Shown here: piece by piece, positions 35,661 to 47,700 of the stretch
Position numbering within the stretch: the first letter of the stretch is position 1
Layout of the letters: each line of letters opens with the position of its first letter
Origin: Heterodontus francisci
Taxonomy: Eukaryota
DNA: 64,000 nt
NCBI RefSeq assembly: GCF_036365525.1
Contig: NC_090395.1
Span: forward strand, 15,551,714 to 15,615,713
Direction: 5' to 3'
Made by a program: the position numbers and the translations under genes
The notes under the pieces: model-generated
The model's input: only the letters and a program-made list of their open reading frames with translations
Databases searched by the model: none
Told to the model about the DNA's origin: nothing

Positions 35661-36225
35661 GGAGCAAGGATTTGAGTACAAGCGCAAGGATGTCTTACTG
35701 CAATTATACAAGGCCTTGGTGAGCCCACATCTGTGCGCGGTTTTGGTCTCCTTATCTGAGGAAGGATCTTCTTGCCATGGAGGGAGTGCAAAGATGATTT
35801 ACTAGGCTGATTCTTGGGATGGCAGGATTGACATATGATGAGAGGTTGGTTAGACTAGGCCTATATTCACTAGAATTGGAAGAATGAGAGGGGATCTCAT
35901 AGAAACCTATAATATTCTAACTGGACTAGACAGGCTAGATGCAGGATGTTCCCGATGGCTGGGTAGTCCAGAACCAGGGGTCACAGTCTCAGGATATGGG
36001 GTATGCCATTTAGAACGAGATGCAGAGAAATTTCTTCACTCAGAGGGTGGTGAACCTGTGGAATTAAATATTATTCAAGAAGAGATTAGATATATTTCTT
36101 AATGTCAAAGGGATCAAGGGATATGGGGAGAAAGTGAGAACAGGGTACTGAATTAGATGATCAGCCATGATCTTTATTGAATGGGCAGAGCAGCCTGAAT
36201 GGCCTACTCCAGCTCCTATTTTCTT
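35660..36225 (+). mobile_element. CR1 3' fragment
   Basis: MRGDLIETYNILTGLDRLDA. Same family as 10366-10900. Confidence 0.85.
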
Positions 36226-36439
36226 GGGAGCAGGGGCAGGAGGGGAGGCGAAGATGTGAGGCCAAAATGACAAATGACCATTCCTTGCACATGTGCGAAT
36301 TAGTCGTATTCACACAGCAAGCCAGGTGCTGATGTAGGCTGCGCATGCGCAGCATCATACTGACAGCAAGCGTCTGTTCTGCACTCGTGCAAATCTGGGA
36401 GCGCTCTGATGTTGCTGGCGGGGAACTTTGTCAGGAATC

Positions 36440-36630
36440 ACTTTTCTTCCACAGGATGTGGGTGTAGCTTTCTAGGCAGCATTTTTTGTCCATACCCTAA
36501 TTGCCCTTGAACTAAGTGGCTTGATTGGCCACTTCAGAGTCAACCACATTGCGGTGGGTCTAAATAACATGTAGGCTAGACCAGGTAAGGACGACAGATT
36601 TCCTTACTTCCCTAAAGGACATTAGTCATC
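36440..36630 (-). mobile_element. DeuSINE 3' fragment
   Basis: ggatgtggg...ccctaattgcccttga...agaccaggtaaggacgacagatttcc is the reverse complement of the SacSINE1-like core/tail. Confidence 0.7.
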
Positions 36631-37199
36631 TCAAAGCATTCATTTTCCACTTGTTAAGTGTGCAGCCAGGTTTATGTTAATGCTACTGTCAACATCTTCC
36701 TCTAAAATAATTGGTTCCAATGCTCCCCACTTATATATCACAACCTGTTGATTTTAATATTACTTCTCTTATCCCATTACTTTTTGCTTATGCCCAATTT
36801 TTACTCATCATCCCAATTATAACTAGTCCATTATGTCTTATCCCTCTCCACAAACACCCACTGAGCTATAACATAGTGATCCTCCGCCCCACCGCCCCCC
36901 CCCCCCAAACCAATGTGCGATATTAATGGTATAGCTCCTTTCAACCCCCCCCCAGTGTGGGAATATCAGTGGAACTGCCCCTCCCTTCCCCATTGCGGGC
37001 TATCAGTGGTACTATTTCCCCCCATCCCACCAATTATTGAATCATTGGTACAGTCCCCTCTCTTCTCCCCCCCCCACAGTGGTACCCCCTCCCCTTTTGT
37101 GGATTAGTAGTGGTACCGCCCCTCCACCCCCCCAAAACAATGCCAGGATCTGATTGGGCTGCTCACCACGACAGCACAGGGGCATTCAGAAGATTTTCT

Positions 37200-37205
37200 T
37201 TTAAT
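37200..37205 (-). terminator. Probable RABIF poly(A) signal ATTAAA
   Basis: Plus-strand tttaat about 285 nt past the stop codon. Confidence 0.4.
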
Positions 37206-37490
37206 AACAACCAAAAAATACAGCCGAGCTTGTCACCACAGTGCTGCACACGACCCAGAATACTGGACTGGTGAGCATGTCACAGTTGAAGAGCAGCTGT
37301 TTGAATTCTACACTGCGACTTGCACTGATACTTTTATGTAGCTTTCCATTGGGACACTATGTGGGGCAGTTACATGTCTGGTTCCCAGTAACAGGCTGCA
37401 GGCAGAGTGTGAACTGACAGTGAGAGACAGATCCATCCTCTCAGATGATTGTCCTGTGCCCCTGTGAAAATGCTGTCTCCTCACTTTCCA

Positions 37491-37739
37491 CTATTCATGC
37501 TGCACACGATCCAAAGCCACATAAAAGCTCTTCTTGTCATCCAGGCAGTGCCCAGCCAATGGCCCAATTTCACAGTCAGCACAGACCAAATACTTGATGT
37601 TGTTCACATTCTTTGTGAAGCCCACATTCTCAAAGGTGTACATGTCATCAACGAACCAGTGCTCTTTGTAGCATGTCCCTTCTACTGAGCTTTCCTCGGT
37701 GCCCAGTGCCACCCTCTGCCTCATGGATGGAAGAAAGAG
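37491..37739 (-). CDS. RABIF: RABIF/MSS4 (Rab-interacting factor) exon 2
   Basis: ttgcag|LFLPSMR...EHWFVDDMYTFENVGFTKNVNNIKYLVCADCEIGP..HCLDDKKSFYVALDRVQHE*. Matches the MSS4 C-terminal two-thirds including FENVGF and the CxxC Zn ligand pair. Confidence 0.93.
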   Translation of the reverse strand, partial: LFLPSMRQRVALGTEESSVEGTCYKEHWFVDDMYTFENVGFTKNVNNIKYLVCADCEIGPLAGHCLDDKKSFYVALDRVQHE

Positions 37740-37809
37740 CTGCAAGACAAAACACACCCGTCAATTGCATGCCCACTCAGCACTGGTTTCACCTTGGCTG
37801 TGTGAGGGC

Positions 37810-38100
37810 CAGCTTGAGTCTGACTAAACAAAATGAATTTTTTGAGGAGGTCACTAACATGGTGGATAGGGCAGTATGTATGAATGTTGTCTATATGGAC
37901 TTCCAGAAGGCATTTAATAAGGTTAACTCAAGAGATCACGATAAAAATAAATGCACACTGAACTGGAGGTACCTTGTGACATGGGTTGGGAGAGTGTGGA
38001 GGGACAATGCATATGTATTTCAAATAGGCAGCGTGAGTAGTGGTGCCCCAGACCTGTATTAGGGCCTCAGCTTTTCGACTATAATTATAAATGATTTAGA
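37810..38100 (+). mobile_element. Old CR1 RT fragment in RABIF intron
   Basis: EFFEEVTNMVD...VVYMDFQKAFNKV. Confidence 0.75.
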
Positions 38101-38101
38101 T

Positions 38102-38391
38102 GGGCGGCACAGTGGCGCAGTGGTTAGCACCGCAGCCTCACAGCTCCAGCGACCCGGGTTCAATTCTGGGTCCTGCCTGTGTGGAGTTTGCAAGTTCCTC
38201 CCTGTGTCTGCATGGGTTTCCTCGGTGCTCCGGTTTCCTCCCACATGGCAAAAACTTGCAGGTTGATAGGTAAATTGGCAATTAGCAATTGCCCCTAGTA
38301 TAGGTAGGTGGTAGGGAAATATAGGGACAGGTGGGGATGTGGTAGAAACATGGGATTAGTGTAGGATTAGTATAAATGGGTGGTTAACGGT
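38102..38391 (+). mobile_element. HE1 V-SINE (cut by gap)
   Basis: gggcggcacagtggcgcagtggttagcacc head and V-core. Confidence 0.9.
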
Positions 38392-38591
38392 NNNNNNNNN
38401 NNNNNNNNNNNNNNNNNNNNNNNNNNNNNNNNNNNNNNNNNNNNNNNNNNNNNNNNNNNNNNNNNNNNNNNNNNNNNNNNNNNNNNNNNNNNNNNNNNNN
38501 NNNNNNNNNNNNNNNNNNNNNNNNNNNNNNNNNNNNNNNNNNNNNNNNNNNNNNNNNNNNNNNNNNNNNNNNNNNNNNNNNNNNNNNNNNN
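38392..38591. other. Assembly gap (200 N)
   Basis: Run of N. Confidence 1.
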
Positions 38592-38649
38592 TGGCGCCAG
38601 GCCGCTCCCCGACAGCAGCAACCGAGCGGCCGCCGAACCCAGTCTCCAT
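38592..38649 (-). CDS. RABIF: Probable RABIF exon 1, 5' part (rest lies in the gap)
   Basis: Strong Kozak GCGCCATGG, METGFGGRSVAAVGERPGA..., CpG-rich, just downstream of ETS motifs. The first CxxC is not visible and is presumably in the N-gap. Confidence 0.6.
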
Positions 38650-38745
38650 GGCGCCTCCAGAGCGAGGGCGGGACAACCACAACTTCCGGTTCCGTAGCAC
38701 ACTTCCGGAAACATGGAACTGTGACAACGACACTTCCGCACAAGT
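38650..38745 (-). promoter_or_regulatory. TATA-less RABIF promoter with tandem ETS/GABP motifs
   Basis: CCGGAAGT at 38682-38689 and 38701-38708, GCGGAAGT at 38732-38739, GC box at ~38666. Confidence 0.65.
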
Positions 38746-38749
38746 GACT

Positions 38750-41700
38750 TCTTGGATCGTGATATCCCGGAGAGTGATATTCCGAAGAGTGACGCTCCCG
38801 GATAGTGATGTTACCGGAGAGTGATATTCCTGGATAGTGAGTGTCTGGATAGTGATATTCCCGTAGAGTGACACTCGCGGATAGTGTCACTCTGGATAGT
38901 GACACTCCCAGATAGTGATATTCCCAGATAATTATATTCCGGATAGTGTAATTCCTGATAGTGACACTCCGGATAATGACACTCCCAGATAGTGATATTC
39001 CCAGATAATTATATTCCCGGATAGTGTAATTCCTGATAGTGACACTCCGGATAATGACACTCCCAGGTAGTGACATTCCCCGATCGTGACACTCTCGGAT
39101 AGTGATGTTACCGGAGAGTGATATTCCTGGATTGTGTTATTCCTGCAGAGTGACACTCCAGATAGTGACATTCCCGGATAGTGACAGCACGGATAGTTAC
39201 ACTCCGGATAGTGACATTCCCAGCTAGTGAGCCCCTCGGATAGTAATATTCCCAGATAGTGACACTCCGGATTGTGACATTCTTGTTCGTGACAGTCCCG
39301 GATAGTGACATTCATGTATAGTAACACTCTGGATAGTTACACTCCAGATAGTGACATTCCCGGATAGTGACATTCCCAGACAGTGACTCCCCAGGATAGT
39401 GACACTCCCAGATAGTAACATACCCAGATGATGACACCCAGATCGTGACACTCCCGGACAGTGATATTACCAGAGAGTGACATTCCCAAATAGTAATATT
39501 CCCAGAGAGTGACATTCCTGGAGAGTGATATTCCCAGATAGTGACACTCCCAGAGAGTGATATTCCTGGAGAGTGATATTCCTGGATAGTGATATTCCCA
39601 GAGAGTGATATCCCTGGATAGAGATATTCCAGGAGTGTGACACTCACAGATAGTGATATTCCCAGAGAGTGAAACTCCCAGATAGTGATATTCCCCGGGA
39701 GTGATATTCCCAGATAGTGACATTCCTGGAGAACGACACTGCCGAATAGAGATATTCCCCCGAGGATGATATTCCCGAGAGTGACACACCCGGACAGTGA
39801 TATTACCAGAGAGTGATATATTCAGATCATGATTTTTCCAGAGAGTGACACTCCTGGATAGTGATATTCCCATAGAGTGACATTCCCAGAGAGTGATATT
39901 CGTGGATAGTGACACTCCTGGATAGTGATATTCCATGGTAGTGATATTCCCGGAGAGTGATATTCCCAGATAGTGATATTCCCAGAGTGTGATATTCCCG
40001 GATAGTGACACTCCCAGAGATTGATATTCCTGGATAGTGATATTCCTGGATCGTGACACTCCCGGATAGTGATATTCTCAGAGAGTGATATTCCCGGAGA
40101 GTGATATTCCTGGAGAGTGGTATTCCGAAGAGTGACATTCCCAGATAGCGATATTCCCACAAGTGATATCCCAGATATTGATATTCCCAGAGTGTGACAA
40201 TCACAGATAGTGATATTCTCCAGGAATGATATTCCCAGATAGTGACATTCCTGGAGATTGACACCGCCGAATAGTGATATTCCACGAGGATGATATTCCC
40301 GAGAGTGACACACCCGGACAGTGATATTACCAGAGAGTGATATATTCAGATCATGATTTTTCCAGAGAGTGACACTCCTGGATAGTGATATTCCCATAGA
40401 GTGACATTCCCAGAGAGTGATATTCCCAGAGAGTGATATTCGTGGATAGTGACACTCCTGGATAGTGATATTCCATGGTAGTGATATTCCCGGAGAGTGA
40501 TATTCCCAGATAGTGATATTCCCAGAGTGTGATATTCCCGGATAGTGACACTCCCAGAGATTGATATTCCTGGATAGTGATATTCCTGGATCGTGACACT
40601 CCCGGATAGTGATATTCCCAGAGAGTGATATTCCCGGAGAGTGATATTCCTGGAGAGTGGTATTCCGAAGAGTGACATTCCCAGATAGCGATATTCCCAC
40701 AAAGTGATATCCCCAGATATTGATATTCCCAGAGTGTGACAATCACAGATAGTGATATTCTCCAGGAATGATATTCCCAGATAGTGACATTCCTGGAGAT
40801 TGACACCGCCGAATAGTGATATTCCACGAGAGAGATATTCCCGGGTGTGACACTCTGGATACTGATATTCCCAGAGAGTGATATTCCCAGATAGTGATAT
40901 TCCCAGAGAGTGATATTCCTGAATAGTGATATTCCCAGAGAGTGACACTCCCAGATAGTGATATTCCTGGAGATTAATATCCCTGGATAGTGATATTCCC
41001 GGAGTGTGACACTCGCGGATAGTGATATTCCCGGAGAGTGACACTCCTGGATAGTGATATTCCCCCAGAGCTGTATTCCCGGAGAGTGACATTCCTGGAG
41101 AGTGACAGTTCCGTATAGTGATATTCGCCAAGAGTGATATTCCCGAGAGTGACACTCCGGTTGCTGATATTACCGGAGACTGATGTTACCAGATAGTGAT
41201 ATTCCCAGAGAGTGATATTCCTGGAGAGTGACATTCCTGGAGAGTTATATCCTAGATAGTGACAGTCCTGGATAGTGATATTCCCAGAGAGTGATATTCC
41301 CGGGAGTGACACTCCGGATACTGAAAATCCCGGAGAGTGATATTCCCTCATAGCTATATTCCTGGAGAGTGACATTCCTGGAGAGTGATATTGCTGACTG
41401 TGACTGTCCTGGATAGTGATATTCCAGGAGTGTGATATTCCTGAATAGTGATATTCCCGGAGAGTGATACTCCCATATAGTGATATTCTCGGAGAGTGAT
41501 ATCCCTGGATAGTGATATTCTCAGAGAGTGACACCCATGGATAGTGAAATTTCCGGAGAGTGACAGTCGAGAGTGATATACATGGATAGTTATATTCCCC
41601 GAGAGTGATATTCCCAAGAGTGACAATCATGGATAGTGATAATCCCAAGAGTGAAACTCCTGGATAGTGATATTACCGGAAATTGATAGTCCTGGATAGT

Positions 41701-44700
41701 TATATGCCCGGAGAGTGACACTCCTGGATAGTGATATTCCCCGAGAATGATATTCCCAGGAGTGACGCTCCCGGATCGTGATATTACCGGAGAGTGATAT
41801 TCCTGGATAGTGTTATTCCTGGAGAGTGACTGTCCCAGATAGTAATATTCCCTGAGAGTGACACTCCCGGATAGTGTTCTTCCTGGAGAGTGACACTGCC
41901 GGATAGTAATATTTCCCGTGAGTGATATTCTGGGATAGTGACACTCCCAGATACTGAAACTGCTTATAGTGATATTCCCGGATAGTGAGTGTCTGGATAG
42001 TGATATTCCCGGATAGGGATATTCCGTAGAGTGACACTCATGGATAGTGTCACTCTGGATAGTGACACTCACGGATAGTGACATTCCCGGCTAGTAATTC
42101 ACCCAGATAGTAACATGCCCGGATAGTGACACTCTGGATTGTGACTCTCCCGGATACTGACACTCCGGATAGTGACATTCTTGTTCGTGACAGTCCCGGA
42201 TAGTGACATACATGTATAGTAACACTCTGGATAGTTACACTCCAGATAGTGACATTCCCGGATAGTGACATTCCCAGATAGTAACTCCCCAGGATAGTGA
42301 CACTCCCAGATGGTAACATACCCAGATGGTGACACCCAGATAGTGACACTCCGGGATAGTGATGTTCCCGGTGAGTGAAAACCCCTGATAGTGATATTCC
42401 TGGAGAGTGACACTCCCAGATAGTGATATTCCCGGATAATGACATTCCTGGAGAGTGACACTCCAGACAGTGATATTACCAGAAAGTGATATAGTCAGAT
42501 AGTGATTTTCCCAGAGAGTGACACTCCTGCATAGTGATATTCCCAGAGAGTGACATTCCTGGAATGTGATATTCCCAGATAGTGACACTCCCAGATAGTG
42601 ACACCCAGATAGTGACAATCCTAGATAGTGATGTTCCCGGTGAGTGATATCCCCGGATAGTGATACTCCTGGAATGTGACTCTCCCAGATAGTGACATTC
42701 CTGGAGAGTGACACTCCTGGATCGTGATATTCCCCGAGGGTGATATTCCCGAGAGTGACACTCCCGGATGGTGATATTACCAGAGAGTGATATTCCCAGA
42801 GAGTGATATTCCTGGATAGTGATATTCCCGGAGAGTGATATCCCTGGATGGTGATATTCCAGGAGTGTGACACTGACGGAGAGTGATATTCCTGGAGAGT
42901 GACACACCCGGATAGTGATATTCCCCGGGAGTGATATTCCCAGATAGTGACATTCCTGGAGAAAGACACTGCTGAATCGAGATATTCCCCGAGGGTGATA
43001 TTCCCGAGAGTGATACTTCCGGACAGTGATATTACCAGAGAGTGATATATTCAGATCGTGATTTTCCCAGAGAGTGACACGCCTGGATAGTGATATTCCC
43101 ATAAAGTGGCATTCCTGGAGAGTGATAGTCCCAGATAGTGATATTCCCAGAGAGTGATATTCCCAGAGAGTGATATTCCTGAATAGTACTCCCGGAGAGT
43201 GACACTCCCAGATAGTGATATTCCTGGAGACTAATATCCCTGGAAGTGATATTCCCAGAGTGTGACATAGCGGATCGTGATAGTCCCGGAGAGTGACACT
43301 CGCGGATAGTGATATTCCCCGAGAGTGGTATTCCCGGATAGTCACATTCCTGGAGAGTGACAGTTCCGTATAGCAATATTCGCCAAGAGTGATATTCCCG
43401 AGAGTGACACTCCGGATGCTGATATTACCGGAGACTGATGTTACTAGATAGTGATATTCCCAGAGAGTGATATTCCTGGAGAGTGATATTCCTAGATAGT
43501 GACAGTCCTGGATAGTAATATTCCCAGAGAGTGATATTCCCGGAGAGTGACCTACCTACAGATTGACACTGCCGAATAGTGATATTCCCGGAGAGTGATA
43601 TTCCCTGATAGCTATGTTCCTGGAGAGTGTCATTCCTGGATAGTGATAATCCTAGATAGTGACAGTCCTGGATAGTGATTTTCCTGGAGTATGATATTCC
43701 CAGATAGTGATATTCCCAGAGAGTGATATTCCTGAATAGTGATATTCCCGGATAGTGATACTCCTGGATAGTGATATTCTCGGAGAGTGATATCCCTGGA
43801 TAGTGATAGTCCCAGAGTGTAACACCCATGAATAGTGATATTCCCGGAGTGTGATACTCCCGGAGAGTGAGATTCCGGAGACAGACACTTGAGAGTGATA
43901 TACACAGATAGTGATATTCCCAAAGAGTGACACTCCTGGATAATGATATTCCCCGAGAGTGATATTCCCAAGACTGACACTCATTGATAGTGATATTCCC
44001 AAGAGTGACGGCGCTGGATAGTGATATTACCGGAGAGTGATATTCCCGGATAGTTATATGCCCAGATAGTGACACTCCTGGATAGTGATATTCCTCAAGA
44101 GTGATATTCCCAAGAGTGACGCTCCTGGATAGTGATATAACCGGAGAGTGATATTCCTGGATAGTTATATGCCCGGAGAGTGAAACTCCTGGATAGTGAT
44201 ATTCCCCGAGTGTGATATTCCCAAGAGTGACGCTCCCAGATAGTGATATTATCGGAGAGTGATATTCCTGGATTGTGTTATTCCTGGAGAGTGACAGTTC
44301 CAGATAGTAATATTCCCTGAGAGTGACACTCCCGGATAGTGATATTCCTGGAGAGCGACACTGCCGGATAGTAATTTCCATTGAGTGATATTCTGGGACA
44401 GTGACACTCCCAGATACTGAAACTGCTTATAGTGATATTCCTGGATAGTGAGTGTCTAGATAGTGATATTCCCGGATAGGTATTTTCCCGTATAGTGACA
44501 GTCTGGATAGTGACACTCCCGGATCGTGATATTCCCAGATAATTTATTCCTGGATAGTGTCATTCCAGATAGTGACATTCCTCGATGGTGACATTCCCAG
44601 ATAGTGACATTCCCGGATAGTGAACTTGCTGGAAAATGACGCCCCCGGATAGTGACACTCACGGATAGTTACAGTCCGAATAGTGACATTCCCAGCTAGT

Positions 44701-47700
44701 GAGTCCCCCAGATAGTAACATTCCCGGATAGTGACACTCTGGATTGTGACACTCCCGGATACTGACACTCCGGATAGTGACATTCTTGTTTGTGACAGTC
44801 CCGGATAGTGACATTCATGTATAGTAACACTCTGGATAGTTACACTCCAGATAATGACATTCCCGGATAGTGACATTCCCAGATAGTAACTCCCCAGGAT
44901 AGTGACACTCCCAGATAGTAACATACCCAGATGATGACACCCAGATAGTGACACTCCGGGATAGTGATATTCCTGGATAGTGATATTCCCGAATAGTGAC
45001 ATTCCTGGAGAGTGACACTCCCAGATAGTGATATTCCTGGAGAGTGATATTCCTGGATAGTGACATTCCTGGAGAGTGACACTCCCGGACATTGATATTA
45101 CCAGAGAGTGCTATAGTCAGATAGTGATTTTCCCGGAGAGTGACTTTCCTGGAGAGTGATATTCCCAGATAGTGACACTCCCACAGAGTGATATTTCCAG
45201 AGAGTGATATTCCTGGAGAGTGATGTTCCTGGATAGTGATATTCCAAGAGAGTGATATCCCTGGATAGTGATATTCCAGGAGTGTGACACTCACGGATAG
45301 TGATATTCCCAGAGAGTGACACTCGCAGATAGTGACATTCCCGGAGAGTGACACTCCCGGATAGTGATATTCACGGAGAGTGACACTCGAGGGTGATATT
45401 CCCGGATAGTGATATTCCCAAGGAGGGACACTCCTGGATAGTGATATTCCCTGAGAGTGTTATTCCCAAGAGTGATTCTCATGGATAGTGATATTCCCAA
45501 GAGTGACACTCCTGGATAGTGATATTCCCGGAGAGTGATATTCCCGGATAGTTATATGCCCGGAGAGAGACACTCCTGGATAGTGATATTCCCCGAGATT
45601 GATATTCCGAAGAGTGACGCTCCCGGATAGTGATATTACCGGAGAGTGATATTCCTGGATTGTGTTATTCCTGGAGAGTGACACTCCCGGATAGTGATAT
45701 TCACGGAGAGTGACACTCGAGGGTGATATTCCCGGATAGTGATATTCCCAAGGAGGGACACTCCTGGATAGTGATATTCCCTGAGAGTGTTATTCCCAAG
45801 AGTGATTCTCATGGATAGTGATATTCCCAAGAGTGACACTCCTGGATAGTGATATTCCCGGAGAGTGATATTCCCGGATAGTTATATGCCCGGAGAGAGA
45901 CACTCCTGGATAGTGATATTCCCCGAGATTGATATTCCGAAGAGTGACGCTCCCGGATAGTGATATTACCGGAGAGTGATATTCCTGGATTGTGTTATTC
46001 CTGGAGAGTGACACTGCCGGATAGTAATATTTCCCGTGAGTGATATTCTGGGATAGTGACACTCCCAGATACTGAAACTGCTTCTTGTGATATTCCCGGA
46101 TAGTGAGTGTCTGGGTAGTGATATTCCCGGATAGGGATATTCCCGTAGAGTGACACTCGCGGATAGTGTCACTCTGGATAGTGACACTCCCAGATAGTGA
46201 TATTCCCAGATAATTATATTCCCGGATAGTATCATTCCAGATAGTGACACTCCGGATAGTGACACTCCCAGATAGTGACATTGCTGGAAAATGACTCCCC
46301 TGGATAGTGACACTCCCAGATAGTGACATTCCTCGATCGTGACACTCTCGCATAGTGACACTCCCGGATAGTGACACCACGGATAGTTACACTCCGGATA
46401 GTGGCATTCCCAGCTAGTGAGTCCCCCGGATAGTAATATTCCCAGATAGTGACACACCGGATTGTGACACTCCCGGATACTGACACTCCGGATAGTGATA
46501 TTCTTGTTCGTGACAGTCCCGGATAGTGACATTCATGTATAGTAACACTCTGGATAGTTACACTCCAGATGTTGACATTCCCGGATAGTGAAATTCCCAG
46601 ATAGTGACTCCCCAGGATAGTGACACTCCCAGATAGTAACATACCCAGATGATGACACCCAGATAGTGACACTCCTGGATAGTGATATTCCTGGAGAGTG
46701 ATATTCCCAGATAGTGACATTCCTGGAGAGTGACACTCCCAGATAGTGATATTCACTGAGAGTGATATTCCCGAGAGTGACACTCCCGGACAGTGATATT
46801 ACCAGAGAGTGACATTCCCAAATAGTCATATTCCCAGAGAGTGACATTCCTGGATAGTGATATTCCCAGATAGTGACACTCCCAGAGAGTGATATTCCTG
46901 GAGAGTGATATTCCTGGATAGTGATATTCCCAGAGAGTGATATCCCTGGATAGCGATATTCCAGGAGTGTGACACTCACAGTTAGTGATATTCCCAGAGC
47001 GTGACACTCCCGGATAATGATATTCCCCGGGAGTGATATTCCCAGATAGTGACATTCCTGGAGAACGACACTGCCGAATAGAGATATTCCCCGAGGATGA
47101 TATTTCCGAGAGTGACACTCCCGGACAGTGATATTACCAGAGAGTGATATATTCAGATCATGATTTTCCCAGAGAGTCATATTCCTGGATAGTGATATTC
47201 CCAAAGAGTGACATTCCCAGAGAGTGATATTCCCGGAGAGTGATATTTGTGGATAGTGACACTCCTGGATAGTGATATTCCATGGGAGTGATATTCCCGG
47301 AGAGTGATATTCCCAGATAGTGATATTCCCAGAGAGTGATATTCCCGGAGAGTGATATTCCTGGAGAGTGGTATTCCGAAGAGTGACACTCCCAGATAGC
47401 GATATTCCCACAGAGTGATATCCCTCGATAGTGATATTCCCAGAGTGTGACAATCGTGGATAGTGATATTCCCCAGGAGTGATATTCCCAGATAGTGACA
47501 TTCCTGGAGATTGACACTGCCGAATAGTGATATTCCCCGAGAGAGATATTCCCGGGAGTGACACTCCGGATACTGATATTCCCAGAGAGTGATATTCCCA
47601 GATAGTGATATTCCCAGAGAGTGATATTCCTGAATAGTGATATTCCCGGAGAGTGACACTCCCGGATAGTGATATTCCTGGAGATTAATATCCCTGGATA

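Larger units (their letters stand above)
28001..35723. repeat. Tandem segmental duplication: unit A 28001-32616, unit B 32617-~35723 (intron 1 part + exon 1 + promoter + minisatellite)
   Basis: agacagagtggggagctgacactt starts at both 28001 and 32617. About 2 kb is near-identical. Both units end in minisatellite followed by a CR1 piece (tcttactg.aattata.a.g.cctt.gtgag). Confidence 0.93.

Noticed and set aside
32617-35723. Second complete tubulin gene
   Set aside because: Only the promoter and exon 1 are duplicated; there is no second copy of exons 2-5 in the window.
36885-37135. C-rich degenerate repeats with a gtggtac core downstream of RABIF
   Set aside because: Short low-complexity tract with no consistent period that could be defined by eye.
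38356-39076. ORFs containing X runs
   Set aside because: Artefacts of translating through the N gap and the satellite.
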